53,453 bases of DNA from a virus. Taxonomy: Duplodnaviria; Caudoviricetes. Below, piece after piece: positions 1-8,485 of this stretch. Each line of letters opens with the position of its first letter. Position 1 is the first letter of the stretch. The stretch is taken from positions 1-53,453 of the IMG/VR virus record IMGVR_UViG_3300017548_000187; one strand, 5' to 3'. Both the position numbers and the translations under genes were made by a program. The notes beneath the pieces were generated by a model, which saw only the letters and a program-made list of their open reading frames with translations, was not told the DNA's origin and did not search any database.

Positions 1-813
1 CCTGCCGACCAGATGGCGCGCCATTTCCTTGAAGTGCTCGAACCGGAATTCCCGGCCATCGGCGGTCTGCCATCCCCACATGCCGAACAGAATCAACAAG
101 TCTTGCTCGGTAGGCTCCGCGCTAGCGGCAGGCTGCGCGGCCAGCGTAGCGCGCAAGCCATTGCGCGACCAAAAAGCATCGCCAGCCTTCCCGTAGCGGG
201 CCAGTGCCTGCACTCGCTCATAAACGGCATCCCATGCCTCGCGGACGTTTTTCAGGTCGTCATCGGCCACGCCTCGGCCTTCCATCCACTTCTGCCCGCC
301 ATAATGCCGGATCGCGGCCAGAACCCCGCCAAGCTCGTCGTCGGTTTTGTACTGCTCAGGCTCCGCGCTCGCGGCAGGCTGTGCACGATCAAGCGCCTTG
401 CTGGCCGTTCGCGCGTCGGCTAACAGGTCGCCCGTATCCAGGCCCGGCACGATTTTTTCCACCAGCTCGGTAAGCGCGCGTTCCATCGCATCATCGGCGA
501 CGGGTCTTGGCCACGCGCTCTGTGCAGGCTGCAATGGTGCCGAAGGAGTGCAATCCGGGCACGGCTCTGCATTCAGGATGTTGCCGACTGCGCCTTTGTC
601 GCCACAGGTGAGGCACGGCCCCCCTAAATGATCGGCGGCAGGTTGCGCGGCCAGGGCGGCGGATAGGCGCTGCACTTCGCGGCACAACGTGAGGATGTCG
701 GATCGTGCATCGTCTAGCGCGCAATAGATTGCCGCCGGAGATTGTTCCAACATCGCGCTAGGGTCGCTGGCCATCCATCGTTCGATCCCCCGACGTAGCT
801 TGCATTCAGCCAT
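1..813 (-). CDS. Mosaic early-region hypothetical protein (Ead/Ea22-like patchwork), truncated at window edge
   Basis: Read manually. ATG at 813 (MAECKLRRGIERW...) overlaps the upstream gene's stop, and the frame stays open to position 1. Contains a CxxC..CxxC segment and repeated AQPAASAEP linkers. Confidence 0.75.
   Translation of the reverse strand, partial: MAECKLRRGIERWMASDPSAMLEQSPAAIYCALDDARSDILTLCREVQRLSAALAAQPAADHLGGPCLTCGDKGAVGNILNAEPCPDCTPSAPLQPAQSAWPRPVADDAMERALTELVEKIVPGLDTGDLLADARTASKALDRAQPAASAEPEQYKTDDELGGVLAAIRHYGGQKWMEGRGVADDDLKNVREAWDAVYERVQALARYGKAGDAFWSRNGLRATLAAQPAASAEPTEQDLLILFGMWGWQTADGREFRFEHFKEMARHLVGR
112..381. repeat. Direct repeat encoding the QPAASAEP linker
   Basis: aggctccgcgct(a/c)gcggcaggctg at 112-135 and 358-381 (23/24 identical); partial third copy near 634-652. 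Confidence 0.8.
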
Positions 814-1564
814 TGCTTTCCCCTTTCGTAGCGGACAGGGCAGCGCACCATTCCGCGCGCGTGATCGTGATGCGCTCGACGGGAATGGTGTTACCGCTGG
901 AGAATTTCTCAGCCACCAGGTTATGCAGGCCACCCCCTCCGCTCTGCTGGCGGTCGTAAGTCTCGCGTGCAAATTTTCCTGCATGCCATGCATGTCCTGG
1001 GGCGTCCCCTGTATAGCTTCCAAGCGATTTTCCCGAGAAACCGTCGCGCCAATACTTCGCCAGATAGTCGCTATGCGGGTTGATAGGCAGCGCAACATCC
1101 CCCGCGCCCCTCGCGGGATTCTCGGCCGCTGGCGCGGCGAGTTTGTAGTGAGCTTCCGCATCGCGCCAGCCTTGGCAGTAGTAGACTCCCGGCATTTCGC
1201 CGCGAGTGAATTTCACGTTCGCAGTGATGTGGTCGTCCAGCCAACCGTCGGCGACCAGCTCCCGCGCCTCGGCGCTGGCCTGGGGCGCGGCGTAGAGAGG
1301 CACCCATTCCCCGGGCCTCTCATCGCGGAGCATCTTGCCCAAGTTGGAGTTGTTATGGTGCGGCCCTTCGTACAGCCCGCCGCGGCACGGCCGATACCAG
1401 AACAGCGGCTCGCCCGCTGCGCGCAGCGTGGTGCCGGCCTTGGCCAATTCACCCGCCCATCGCTTCACGTCTCCAAGCAGTCGCTCAGCCCGTTTCGGGT
1501 CCCGCGCCATGCATTCAGTGATCTTGGCCAAGGTCGTGTTGATGTTTTCAAGCAAGATGTTCAT
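806..1564 (-). CDS. Mosaic hypothetical phage protein
   Basis: 252-aa ORF coupled by an ATGA overlap to the MTase; typical 'PLYAAPQASAE' linker of phage early mosaic genes. Confidence 0.75.
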   Translation of the reverse strand: MNILLENINTTLAKITECMARDPKRAERLLGDVKRWAGELAKAGTTLRAAGEPLFWYRPCRGGLYEGPHHNNSNLGKMLRDERPGEWVPLYAAPQASAEARELVADGWLDDHITANVKFTRGEMPGVYYCQGWRDAEAHYKLAAPAAENPARGAGDVALPINPHSDYLAKYWRDGFSGKSLGSYTGDAPGHAWHAGKFARETYDRQQSGGGGLHNLVAEKFSSGNTIPVERITITRAEWCAALSATKGESNG

Positions 1565-3471
1565 GTGGTATCACCTCCGCGCACGGCCAGCGCCGTCGCA
1601 ATGGGCCGCACCCAGATAGGCGTGCTGGACAGTTGGAAGGATTCTCCGGCGCGCGCCAGCAGGATGGCCCGGCCGATCTCTTCGGCCATGGCCTTGGCGG
1701 CCTTCTTAGGCACAGCGTTCCCGATGCGTTCGCGCCAGGCCTGGTCCGAGCTGCCGTGCAGGATGAACTGCTCGCCGGCCTCGGCATAGTCGTCGGGGTC
1801 GTAGAGGCTCTGCAGGGCGGCGAGGTCCAGGGTGGTGAATGGGCGGTGCCAGGTGCCGTCCAGGGCGCGGATCACGCACACCAGCTTGTCGGTGGCCTCC
1901 GGCAGCCGCCAGTCGGCAACGCTCCAACGGCCGTTGTCGTGGCACGCCGACGCCGACACCGCGCCGGACGGCTCCGCCGGGTCCACGACGCCGTAATGGC
2001 CGGCGGTCAGGTAGTTGTCGCCGCGGCCGCGCTCCATGTTCGGGCGAGGGTCGGCCACTGCGTAGGCTCCGTTGGCGTTGCCGGCGATGACCGCCCGGGA
2101 AGGATCAGACCAGTCCGACACCGGATATTTGCCGTGCTGCTCAGCCGACGGGCGGCCTCCAAGAGGATCGGCCACGCACTGGCCCGTGCCGTGGGCACCG
2201 GTTACGGCGCGGGCCTGGCCGTCGAAGGGCACGATGCGGAACTCGTTGGAATGCTTGGCCGGGCCGGCATGGCGGGGGTCCGCGACGCTGAAGCTGCCCT
2301 GGCCAGGCGATTTAACGCCGATAACTGCGCCGGACGTGTCCGACATGCTCAACACGCCGTACTGCTGGTATTGGCTGGCGCCCGCCGCGGCGCGAGGGTC
2401 CGCAACGGAGAAGCGGCCGTTGCTGGGCAGGGATTCGCCCGCCACGGCGCCCGTAGGCGCTTCCCAGGCGTTGACCCCATAGCCGGCCGAGTAGACCTCC
2501 TGGCGCGGGTCGGCGATGCTGTAGGCGCCATTCGTGGGCCCACAGCGGCTCGATACGGTCCCGCTGGCATCTTCCCAGCGCTGCACGCCCAGGAAGCCAT
2601 GGTGGGCCTCGGGCACGATCAGGTAGTCGCGCAGGTGGCCGTTCTCGACGGCCAGCCGGTTCAGGCTACGCCAGTCCTTGCCGGCCTCGACGAAGGCCAG
2701 GCGCACCCAGGTTTTCCAGTTCAGGCTGGGGATGCGGTGCATCGGGCCCATGGCCGGGTCACCCGGGCGCCCGTAGCGGCTCAGCACCTCGCCCACCGAC
2801 CGCAGCGCCCGCTTGGGCGGCTCGTAGATGAAGGGCGGCACTTTGTCGGCGTGCCTGGCGATCAGCAGGAAGCGCTTGCGGCTCTGGGCCAGGCCGCCCA
2901 GCTCGCCGCAGTCGTGCGTGGTTTCGCGCACCACGTAGCCGTAATGGCGCAGCATGCCGGTGATCTGTTCGAGCAGGTGCCGGCCTCGCGTGGCGATGCG
3001 CGGCACGTTTTCGAACAGGATGACCTCGGGCGGATCGTCTGCCCAGGCCTCCAGCATCAGCCATACGCCGCGCAGCGTCAGGCGGTTCAGGGCCTGGTAC
3101 TTGGCGGTGGTGCTGCGGGTCTCCGACAGCAGGCCGGAGAAGCCCTTGCAGGGCGCCGACAGGAAGACGATGTTCGGGCGGTGGCCGTTCGCCGCGGCGC
3201 GCACGTCGGCCGGCATGGCCTCGATCCAGCCCGGGCCGGGCTCCCGGCCGTGGAAGTCCAGGTACTGGCTGCGGTCGAACAGGTCGCGCACGGTGCCGCG
3301 CACGCCCGTGAAGTGGTAGAAGTCCTCCGCGCCGGCCGGGTCAACGTCCATGCCGCCGATGCAGACCATTCGGCCGTGCAGGCCGGGAATCTCCGGGCGT
3401 GCTTCCTGGAAGCCGGCAGCGCCGCCGCCCAACCCGAAGAATAGGTGGAAGTGGTTGATGTCGGTGATCAA
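1561..3471 (-). CDS. DNA cytosine-C5 methyltransferase with repeated variable region
   Basis: Motif I FxGxGG (LFFGLGGG), motif IV (APCKGFS), VI ENV, VIII QSRKR, X IGNAV. Probable TTG start at 3471 behind a GGAG RBS. Confidence 0.92.
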   Translation of the reverse strand: MITDINHFHLFFGLGGGAAGFQEARPEIPGLHGRMVCIGGMDVDPAGAEDFYHFTGVRGTVRDLFDRSQYLDFHGREPGPGWIEAMPADVRAAANGHRPNIVFLSAPCKGFSGLLSETRSTTAKYQALNRLTLRGVWLMLEAWADDPPEVILFENVPRIATRGRHLLEQITGMLRHYGYVVRETTHDCGELGGLAQSRKRFLLIARHADKVPPFIYEPPKRALRSVGEVLSRYGRPGDPAMGPMHRIPSLNWKTWVRLAFVEAGKDWRSLNRLAVENGHLRDYLIVPEAHHGFLGVQRWEDASGTVSSRCGPTNGAYSIADPRQEVYSAGYGVNAWEAPTGAVAGESLPSNGRFSVADPRAAAGASQYQQYGVLSMSDTSGAVIGVKSPGQGSFSVADPRHAGPAKHSNEFRIVPFDGQARAVTGAHGTGQCVADPLGGRPSAEQHGKYPVSDWSDPSRAVIAGNANGAYAVADPRPNMERGRGDNYLTAGHYGVVDPAEPSGAVSASACHDNGRWSVADWRLPEATDKLVCVIRALDGTWHRPFTTLDLAALQSLYDPDDYAEAGEQFILHGSSDQAWRERIGNAVPKKAAKAMAEEIGRAILLARAGESFQLSSTPIWVRPIATALAVRGGDTT

Positions 3472-3521
3472 TGTGACACTCCAATGGGGGCGCGGTACGA
3501 TCCATCTGCGCAACTTGGCGT

Positions 3522-3767
3522 ATGGAGACAAAAATGGAAGACGGCTGGATCCATCAGTGCACCGGAAGTTCTGAGGGTTGGGAGTACGTAGTCGAGACAC
3601 AGGAACGTGGCGGAACGCATTTCGTTCGCATCAAAACGGCGAACAGGCCTTTTCGCGCTTTGGACGGTAGCTACGAATCTGAGGGCGAAGCGGTTGCTGC
3701 CGCCACGGCTTTCGCGACAGGATGGATACGGGACCAGCGTTCCGCTGAGGGCTATCCCGAAGCGTGA
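3522..3767 (+). CDS. Small hypothetical protein (counter-oriented insert)
   Basis: 81-aa ORF with GGAG upstream of the second Met, oriented against the early operon. Confidence 0.55.
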   Translation: METKMEDGWIHQCTGSSEGWEYVVETQERGGTHFVRIKTANRPFRALDGSYESEGEAVAAATAFATGWIRDQRSAEGYPEA

Positions 3768-3837
3768 TCGGATCGAGCCCACGGCTGACACTCCTGTTAC
3801 GGCGGGATACGGTCCCGGCCTTGAAATGGAGGGGGAG

Positions 3838-4209
3838 ATGAGCGACGCCGGCGGAAAATTTGAGTTCTCTACGAAGCTGCTGTATCGGTTCTGCCTCGCA
3901 CTTATCTGCATCGCGGTAGCGGCCCCGATAGCCGCTGCTTTGGGAGTCTTGAAACCGGAGGCCGTGCATACGGCAGCTTGGCTCCAACGGAGCGCTGCCA
4001 TCAGCACAGTCTTTTCCTTACTTGAATTTGAAGCCGCTGCATTCGCTCTCGGCCGGCTATACATGCCTGGGACGTACGGCGACGTGGACAAGTTGGCGAC
4101 ATATGCTGCGTATGTCCCAAGATTCAACGTGTTGCGATACTGGGCGGTCGGCATTACGGTCCTCGGGACGCTTCTTTGGGGTTATGGCGATCTATTGCCG
4201 CTGCCGTAA
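3838..4209 (+). CDS. Membrane protein (about 3 TM), counter-oriented moron
   Basis: Strong RBS GGAGGGGGAG before ATG 3838; hydrophobic segments; lower GC than flanks. Confidence 0.6.
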   Translation: MSDAGGKFEFSTKLLYRFCLALICIAVAAPIAAALGVLKPEAVHTAAWLQRSAAISTVFSLLEFEAAAFALGRLYMPGTYGDVDKLATYAAYVPRFNVLRYWAVGITVLGTLLWGYGDLLPLP

Positions 4210-4669
4210 CGCTTTCGAGTTCGGCCTTAACCTGCGTCTGGCGCAGCAGATCAAGCTGATCGTCCGGGTCCGCCATTGCCATGGCGCGACGCAGCGCTGG
4301 CATTTCCTTGTCCAGCTTCGCCAGCGTGGATTCCATGACGGGCGCCAAGTACTTAAGCGCGATGTGCAGCTCTCGCAGGCCCTCCAGGGGCAACGCGCGG
4401 CCATGCCGAGTGCAGTGCATCTCCATGTGCCAGATAACGCCCTCGATCGCGTCAGCCGACGGATACCACTGGCCGTCGCCGGCTTGAAAGACCGGGTAGC
4501 CCTTGCTGTCGGTGATGGCGGTACCGTCGCGTTCGAGCTGTTCGATGATTTGCTCGAGGGGGCGCAGCACAAGGTCAGTGCCGACGATCATGGGGGTGCG
4601 GATTGGCCGCGGGTGGTAGGGCTTGGTCCGCCGCTTTTCGCGGCGCGCCTTGCGGAATGGGTTGCTCAC
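4154..4669 (-). CDS. Hypothetical phage protein
   Basis: GTGA overlap with the ATPase stop; 171-aa product starting (M)SNPFRKARREKRR. Confidence 0.7.
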   Translation of the reverse strand: MSNPFRKARREKRRTKPYHPRPIRTPMIVGTDLVLRPLEQIIEQLERDGTAITDSKGYPVFQAGDGQWYPSADAIEGVIWHMEMHCTRHGRALPLEGLRELHIALKYLAPVMESTLAKLDKEMPALRRAMAMADPDDQLDLLRQTQVKAELESVTAAAIDRHNPKEASRGP

Positions 4670-6444
4670 GCCGCCTCCTTCAGCTTGGCCGCGCCGGCTC
4701 GGCCCTGCTCGACCCAATAGACGGTGAAGGCCTCGCTGGGGGCAGCAGGCGCCGCCTTGAGCGTGCCCAGCAGCAGCACGGTGTCGATGTCGCCGTCGGC
4801 GGCCAGAGCATCGAGCAGGCCCAGGACTTCGGAGCGGCCGGCCAGGTTCAGGCAGTCGAAGCGGTCCAGGATGGCGCAGCGCAGGCCCGACAGGTGGGCG
4901 ATGGCCAGCGCCAGCAGGGCGTCGGCGCGCCACTTCTCCGACTCAGAGAGCAGCCGGTAGGCGCGGCCGGCGGCAGTGATGGTCATGTCGCCGTCGATCT
5001 GGACGAGCGGCCAGCCCGCGCAATCCGACATCGCCACCAACTCGTCGTTGAAGGGCTGCAGGGCCTTGGCCAGGATCTCGCCGGGGATTCCGTCGGGCGA
5101 CAGCGCGCCGCCGATGGCGTCCCAGGCCATGACCTCGGCGTGGTACTCGGCAGCGTTCCGGGTGCGCTGCACGGCACCGACGGCCGCCTGCTTGGCCGCT
5201 AGCAGGGCGTCAACCCGGTCTTGCGCGGCGCCGCGCTCGGTGCGCAGGCCGGCCAGGTGGGCGCGGGCGGCCGCCACGTCTTCGTCGGCCACGGCCTCGG
5301 GCGCGGCGCGCGATTTCAGGTCTTCGGCCGCGGCTTCGGCGGCGGCGATGTCGCGCCGGCAGTTCTCGGCGGCGCGCGCCGACAGGTCGCGGGCCTCAAT
5401 GGCCTTGGGCAGCGCCGCGGCCGCTTCGGGGTCGCCGGCGGCGTCGAGGTGGCCGTATTGCTCGATGTAAGCCTTCAGCGCAGCCTGGGCCGCCCGATCT
5501 TCCGCCGTAACGGTCTCGATCTCGATGAAGCCCAGCAGATAGTCCACGGCACGCGCCAGGTCGTGCACCAGCCCCTGGCGCGGCCCCGTGCCGGCCTTGG
5601 CCTGCAGTTCCTGCACCCGGGCGGTCCAGGTTTCCAGGTCCTGCTGGTCGCATTCCAGCTTGGCGCGCAGCGAATCCAGGCGGCCGGCGCGCTCCTGCAG
5701 GGCCGCCAGCTGATCTTTCTGGCCCTGGTAGGCGCGTAGCTGCTGCTCCAGGCCGCCCACGGCCTTGGCGCCGGCCTCGATGCGGCCCTCGATGCCGGCC
5801 AGCTCGGTCTGCGCGGCGTCCAGGGCGGCCTGGTCGTAGGCCGGCACCTCGGCCTGCCAGGTTTCGCCCTTCTGGCTGCCCCAGGTTTCGTTGGTGACGC
5901 CGCGCCAGGCACCCTTGGCTTCGGTCGCCTGCTTCTTGGCGAACTCGGCGCCGGCCGCAAAGCCGCTGCGCAGGATAGGCTTCATCTGCGCCACCAGCAG
6001 CTTGTGGCAGCCGCGCTCGAGCAGCCGGCGCTCGATCTCGTCGGGTGTGGCACGCGTGCCGGTCAGCGTGAACAGCAGCTGGCGGCGGTCGTCGGGCTTG
6101 GCCGCCGCGAACAACTCGGGCGACAGCACGTAGGGCAGGGCCGGGTTGGAGGGCACGGCTTCCTCACCGCTGCGCTTGCCGCTGGGCAGCGCGATCGCCA
6201 CCGGCGCGCCGTCGACGTCCACTGCCACCGTGCCCAGCTTGGCGCCGTCGCGCACGACCTGGCCGAGTTCCTTTTTCAGGCTGACGCGCTCGGCGCTGCC
6301 CAGCAGGGCCATGCGCACGGCCTCGGCGATGGTGGACTTGCCGGCGTAGTTGTCGCCGGTGATGAAACCGATGGCGGTGGGCAGCGGAAGCTCGGCCGAC
6401 TGCACGCCCTGGAAGTTGGACACGGAGAGGTTGGTCAGGCGCAT
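4666..6444 (-). CDS. Rad50/SbcC-like AAA(ABC) ATPase with coiled coil
   Basis: N-terminal 'LSVSNFQG', Walker A GDNYAGKST, long coiled coil, C-terminal signature LSESE and Walker-B-like AILDRFD. Confidence 0.85.
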   Translation of the reverse strand: MRLTNLSVSNFQGVQSAELPLPTAIGFITGDNYAGKSTIAEAVRMALLGSAERVSLKKELGQVVRDGAKLGTVAVDVDGAPVAIALPSGKRSGEEAVPSNPALPYVLSPELFAAAKPDDRRQLLFTLTGTRATPDEIERRLLERGCHKLLVAQMKPILRSGFAAGAEFAKKQATEAKGAWRGVTNETWGSQKGETWQAEVPAYDQAALDAAQTELAGIEGRIEAGAKAVGGLEQQLRAYQGQKDQLAALQERAGRLDSLRAKLECDQQDLETWTARVQELQAKAGTGPRQGLVHDLARAVDYLLGFIEIETVTAEDRAAQAALKAYIEQYGHLDAAGDPEAAAALPKAIEARDLSARAAENCRRDIAAAEAAAEDLKSRAAPEAVADEDVAAARAHLAGLRTERGAAQDRVDALLAAKQAAVGAVQRTRNAAEYHAEVMAWDAIGGALSPDGIPGEILAKALQPFNDELVAMSDCAGWPLVQIDGDMTITAAGRAYRLLSESEKWRADALLALAIAHLSGLRCAILDRFDCLNLAGRSEVLGLLDALAADGDIDTVLLLGTLKAAPAAPSEAFTVYWVEQGRAGAAKLKEAA

Positions 6445-6448
6445 GGTG

Positions 6449-7135
6449 TCAGCCCTCGGTGCCGGTGGGCTGGCTGTCATCGGCGGCGCTGCCGTGCTCG
6501 TCGTGGAAGGTCTTCCAGCCCTTGACCCACTGGATGCACAGTTGCCCATCCATGACCGGGCAGGCAGACTCGGGCTGCCCGTCAGCGGCCGCCGCATACC
6601 CGTTGTCCCAGGCCTCATCCAGCTGCTCCTGCGTGGGCCCTTCGGGCGCCGGCAGCTCTTTGAAATCGGCGTCGACCACGTTGTCGTCTTCCATGCCGTC
6701 ACCGTCGTCGTCGGTGTACTCTTTGCCGAGGTCCATGGCGCGCTGGTCGCTTTCGCCGCGCACGGCGCCCATGCCGGCCGTATGGGTCTGGCTGTCGGCC
6801 ACCACGATCAGCACGGCCTTGCCTTGCGAGTCGTAGAGATCGTGCAGGGATTCAGCGCCTCGGCCGATCTTGATGACGACCTTGGCGCCATCCTTGATGG
6901 TGACCTGGTCCAGATCGCCCTGCACAACCGTGCGACCTTCGCTGGCGATCAGGTGCACGGCCATCTTGACGTTGTTTTCGACGCGGTCGCGCAGGCGGTC
7001 GATGATGTCGTCCTGCTTGGCCTGCGACAGCTTGTGCCACGGCTCGGGCAGCAGCTTCAGTTCCTGGATGAGGGCGGAAAGCAGGTCGCGGCCGACAGTG
7101 GTGGCGGTCATTTCGCGGGGGTCTTGATGGGACAT
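6449..7135 (-). CDS. Hypothetical protein with C-terminal RMF/CrpP-like domain
   Basis: C-terminal AWDNGYAAAADGQPESACP...WVKGW matches the RMF pattern AxxxGYxAGxxGxxxxxCPY...WxxGW. Confidence 0.75.
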   Translation of the reverse strand: MSHQDPREMTATTVGRDLLSALIQELKLLPEPWHKLSQAKQDDIIDRLRDRVENNVKMAVHLIASEGRTVVQGDLDQVTIKDGAKVVIKIGRGAESLHDLYDSQGKAVLIVVADSQTHTAGMGAVRGESDQRAMDLGKEYTDDDGDGMEDDNVVDADFKELPAPEGPTQEQLDEAWDNGYAAAADGQPESACPVMDGQLCIQWVKGWKTFHDEHGSAADDSQPTGTEG

Positions 7136-7389
7136 GGCTCAGGGCTCCGGGTGAGATATTCGGGCGCCGGTTACCCTCGTCCGGCCCTGCGTCAGACCCT
7201 GCGGCGGGCCATCTATGCAGTGGGTGCGGTCGGAATCGGCCGACCGTCAAGACTGCCGCCGGAGGCTCGGAGGCAATCGTCTCTATGCGGGCCTACCTCG
7301 GACAGATCAGCGCTCGACCCGCCTTCGGATTACCGCGATGCTCTGCGGCGCGGCCCTCTCGGGGTGCGTTCTTTGCTACCGGCGCGGGC

Positions 7390-8481
7390 TTACTCGGGAG
7401 CCGCCATGCGGCGGCGCTGGGTGGTCTGGCGGGGGCTGGAGGCTTGGGCTGCGGCGGGCTGCTGCTCGGCATGCGCCGCCTGCTTGATGACCTTGCGGCG
7501 CTGCTCGTAGACCTGTTCCAGATGCGCTTGTGCCTGGATGTCCAGCACGCCACCAATGGAATCGGCGGCCAGGTCCAGCACTTCCAGATCCTTGGCGGCC
7601 ATCAACTGCGCCTCGACGGCGTCCACGCTGAGGCCCCGCTGGGTGCTTTCCTCGGTGCCGGCCAGGTGGCCCTGGGCGCCGGCCTGCTGGGATGCAGGGG
7701 CGGCCGCTGACGCGCCCTGCGCCGGTTTACCGGCCTCGGCTTGCGCCTTCGCGGGGGAGGTATCCAGTACTTCGCCAGTCTCCGGGTCCACGTCGGCGAC
7801 GTCGGTCGGTTGGCGACGGGGCGTGGCATTGGTTTGCGTACCGCGCAATTCGTCCACGTTGACGCTGATCGTGCCGTCGGGCCCGGTTCGCGCGTCGAGC
7901 GTGTCGATGAGCTCTTCGTGGGAGGTCAGGCCCATGCTGATTTCCGGCGCATACGCACGTTGCCAGAAAGCGGCGGCCCGGTAGATGAACATCTGGTCGG
8001 GCATCGTGAGCCATTTGCTGCCGCTCTTCTTGTTCCAGCCTTCCGCCTTGACCATCTTCCAGTCGATCCACGTGCCGTACAGCTTTTCGCCCGTAGACTT
8101 TTCGATGGTCCAGGCACGGCAGCCGTAATCGTCGGTGCCAGGTTCTCCGCGCCACTCGTAGCGCAGAGTCTCGAAGCGGCCGCACGTGTTCACGCTGGCG
8201 ATCAGGAACTTGCTCGACCAGCCGGGGTTGCCGTGGACGATGTACAGGTTCTGCATCACCATCAGCTCGTCGGCCCGCAGGCGCCGTGCCAGGTTCAGCG
8301 CGATCATGCAGTTGGCGACGTTGTTCTGGTAGTGCTGCGGCACAAGGGTGGAAGAGGCAAAGGCCTTGGCCACGCGTTGCAGCAACTCGAAACCCTGGAG
8401 GTCGAAGAAGCCCGCGACGACGGGAGGCATACTGCTTTCGGCTGGCGCGCGCAGCGCCTGAACTGTGGTGGATTGCGACAT
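7390..8481 (-). CDS. RecT/Bet-like single-strand annealing protein
   Basis: VMQNLYIVHGNPGWSS, KWxTMPDQMxxYRAAAFW and APEISMGL motifs; adjacent to an exonuclease. Confidence 0.75.
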   Translation of the reverse strand: MSQSTTVQALRAPAESSMPPVVAGFFDLQGFELLQRVAKAFASSTLVPQHYQNNVANCMIALNLARRLRADELMVMQNLYIVHGNPGWSSKFLIASVNTCGRFETLRYEWRGEPGTDDYGCRAWTIEKSTGEKLYGTWIDWKMVKAEGWNKKSGSKWLTMPDQMFIYRAAAFWQRAYAPEISMGLTSHEELIDTLDARTGPDGTISVNVDELRGTQTNATPRRQPTDVADVDPETGEVLDTSPAKAQAEAGKPAQGASAAAPASQQAGAQGHLAGTEESTQRGLSVDAVEAQLMAAKDLEVLDLAADSIGGVLDIQAQAHLEQVYEQRRKVIKQAAHAEQQPAAAQASSPRQTTQRRRMAAPE

Positions 8482-8485
8482 GGGC

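Noticed and set aside
1633-3444. 603-aa plus-strand ORF, and similar long antisense ORFs at 15718-16893, 31437-33464, 36665-37894, 38069-39418 and 43633-44733
   Set aside because: Shadow frames of high-GC3 genes on the opposite strand; no motifs or RBS.
3472-3600. N-terminal extension of the MTase in the ORF track
   Set aside because: Motif I follows directly after TTG 3471, which has an RBS; the extension overlaps a plus-strand ORF.
7215-7325. Functional tRNA gene
   Set aside because: T-loop lacks TTC, and the acceptor stem and D-arm do not form cleanly; kept only as a structured-RNA candidate.
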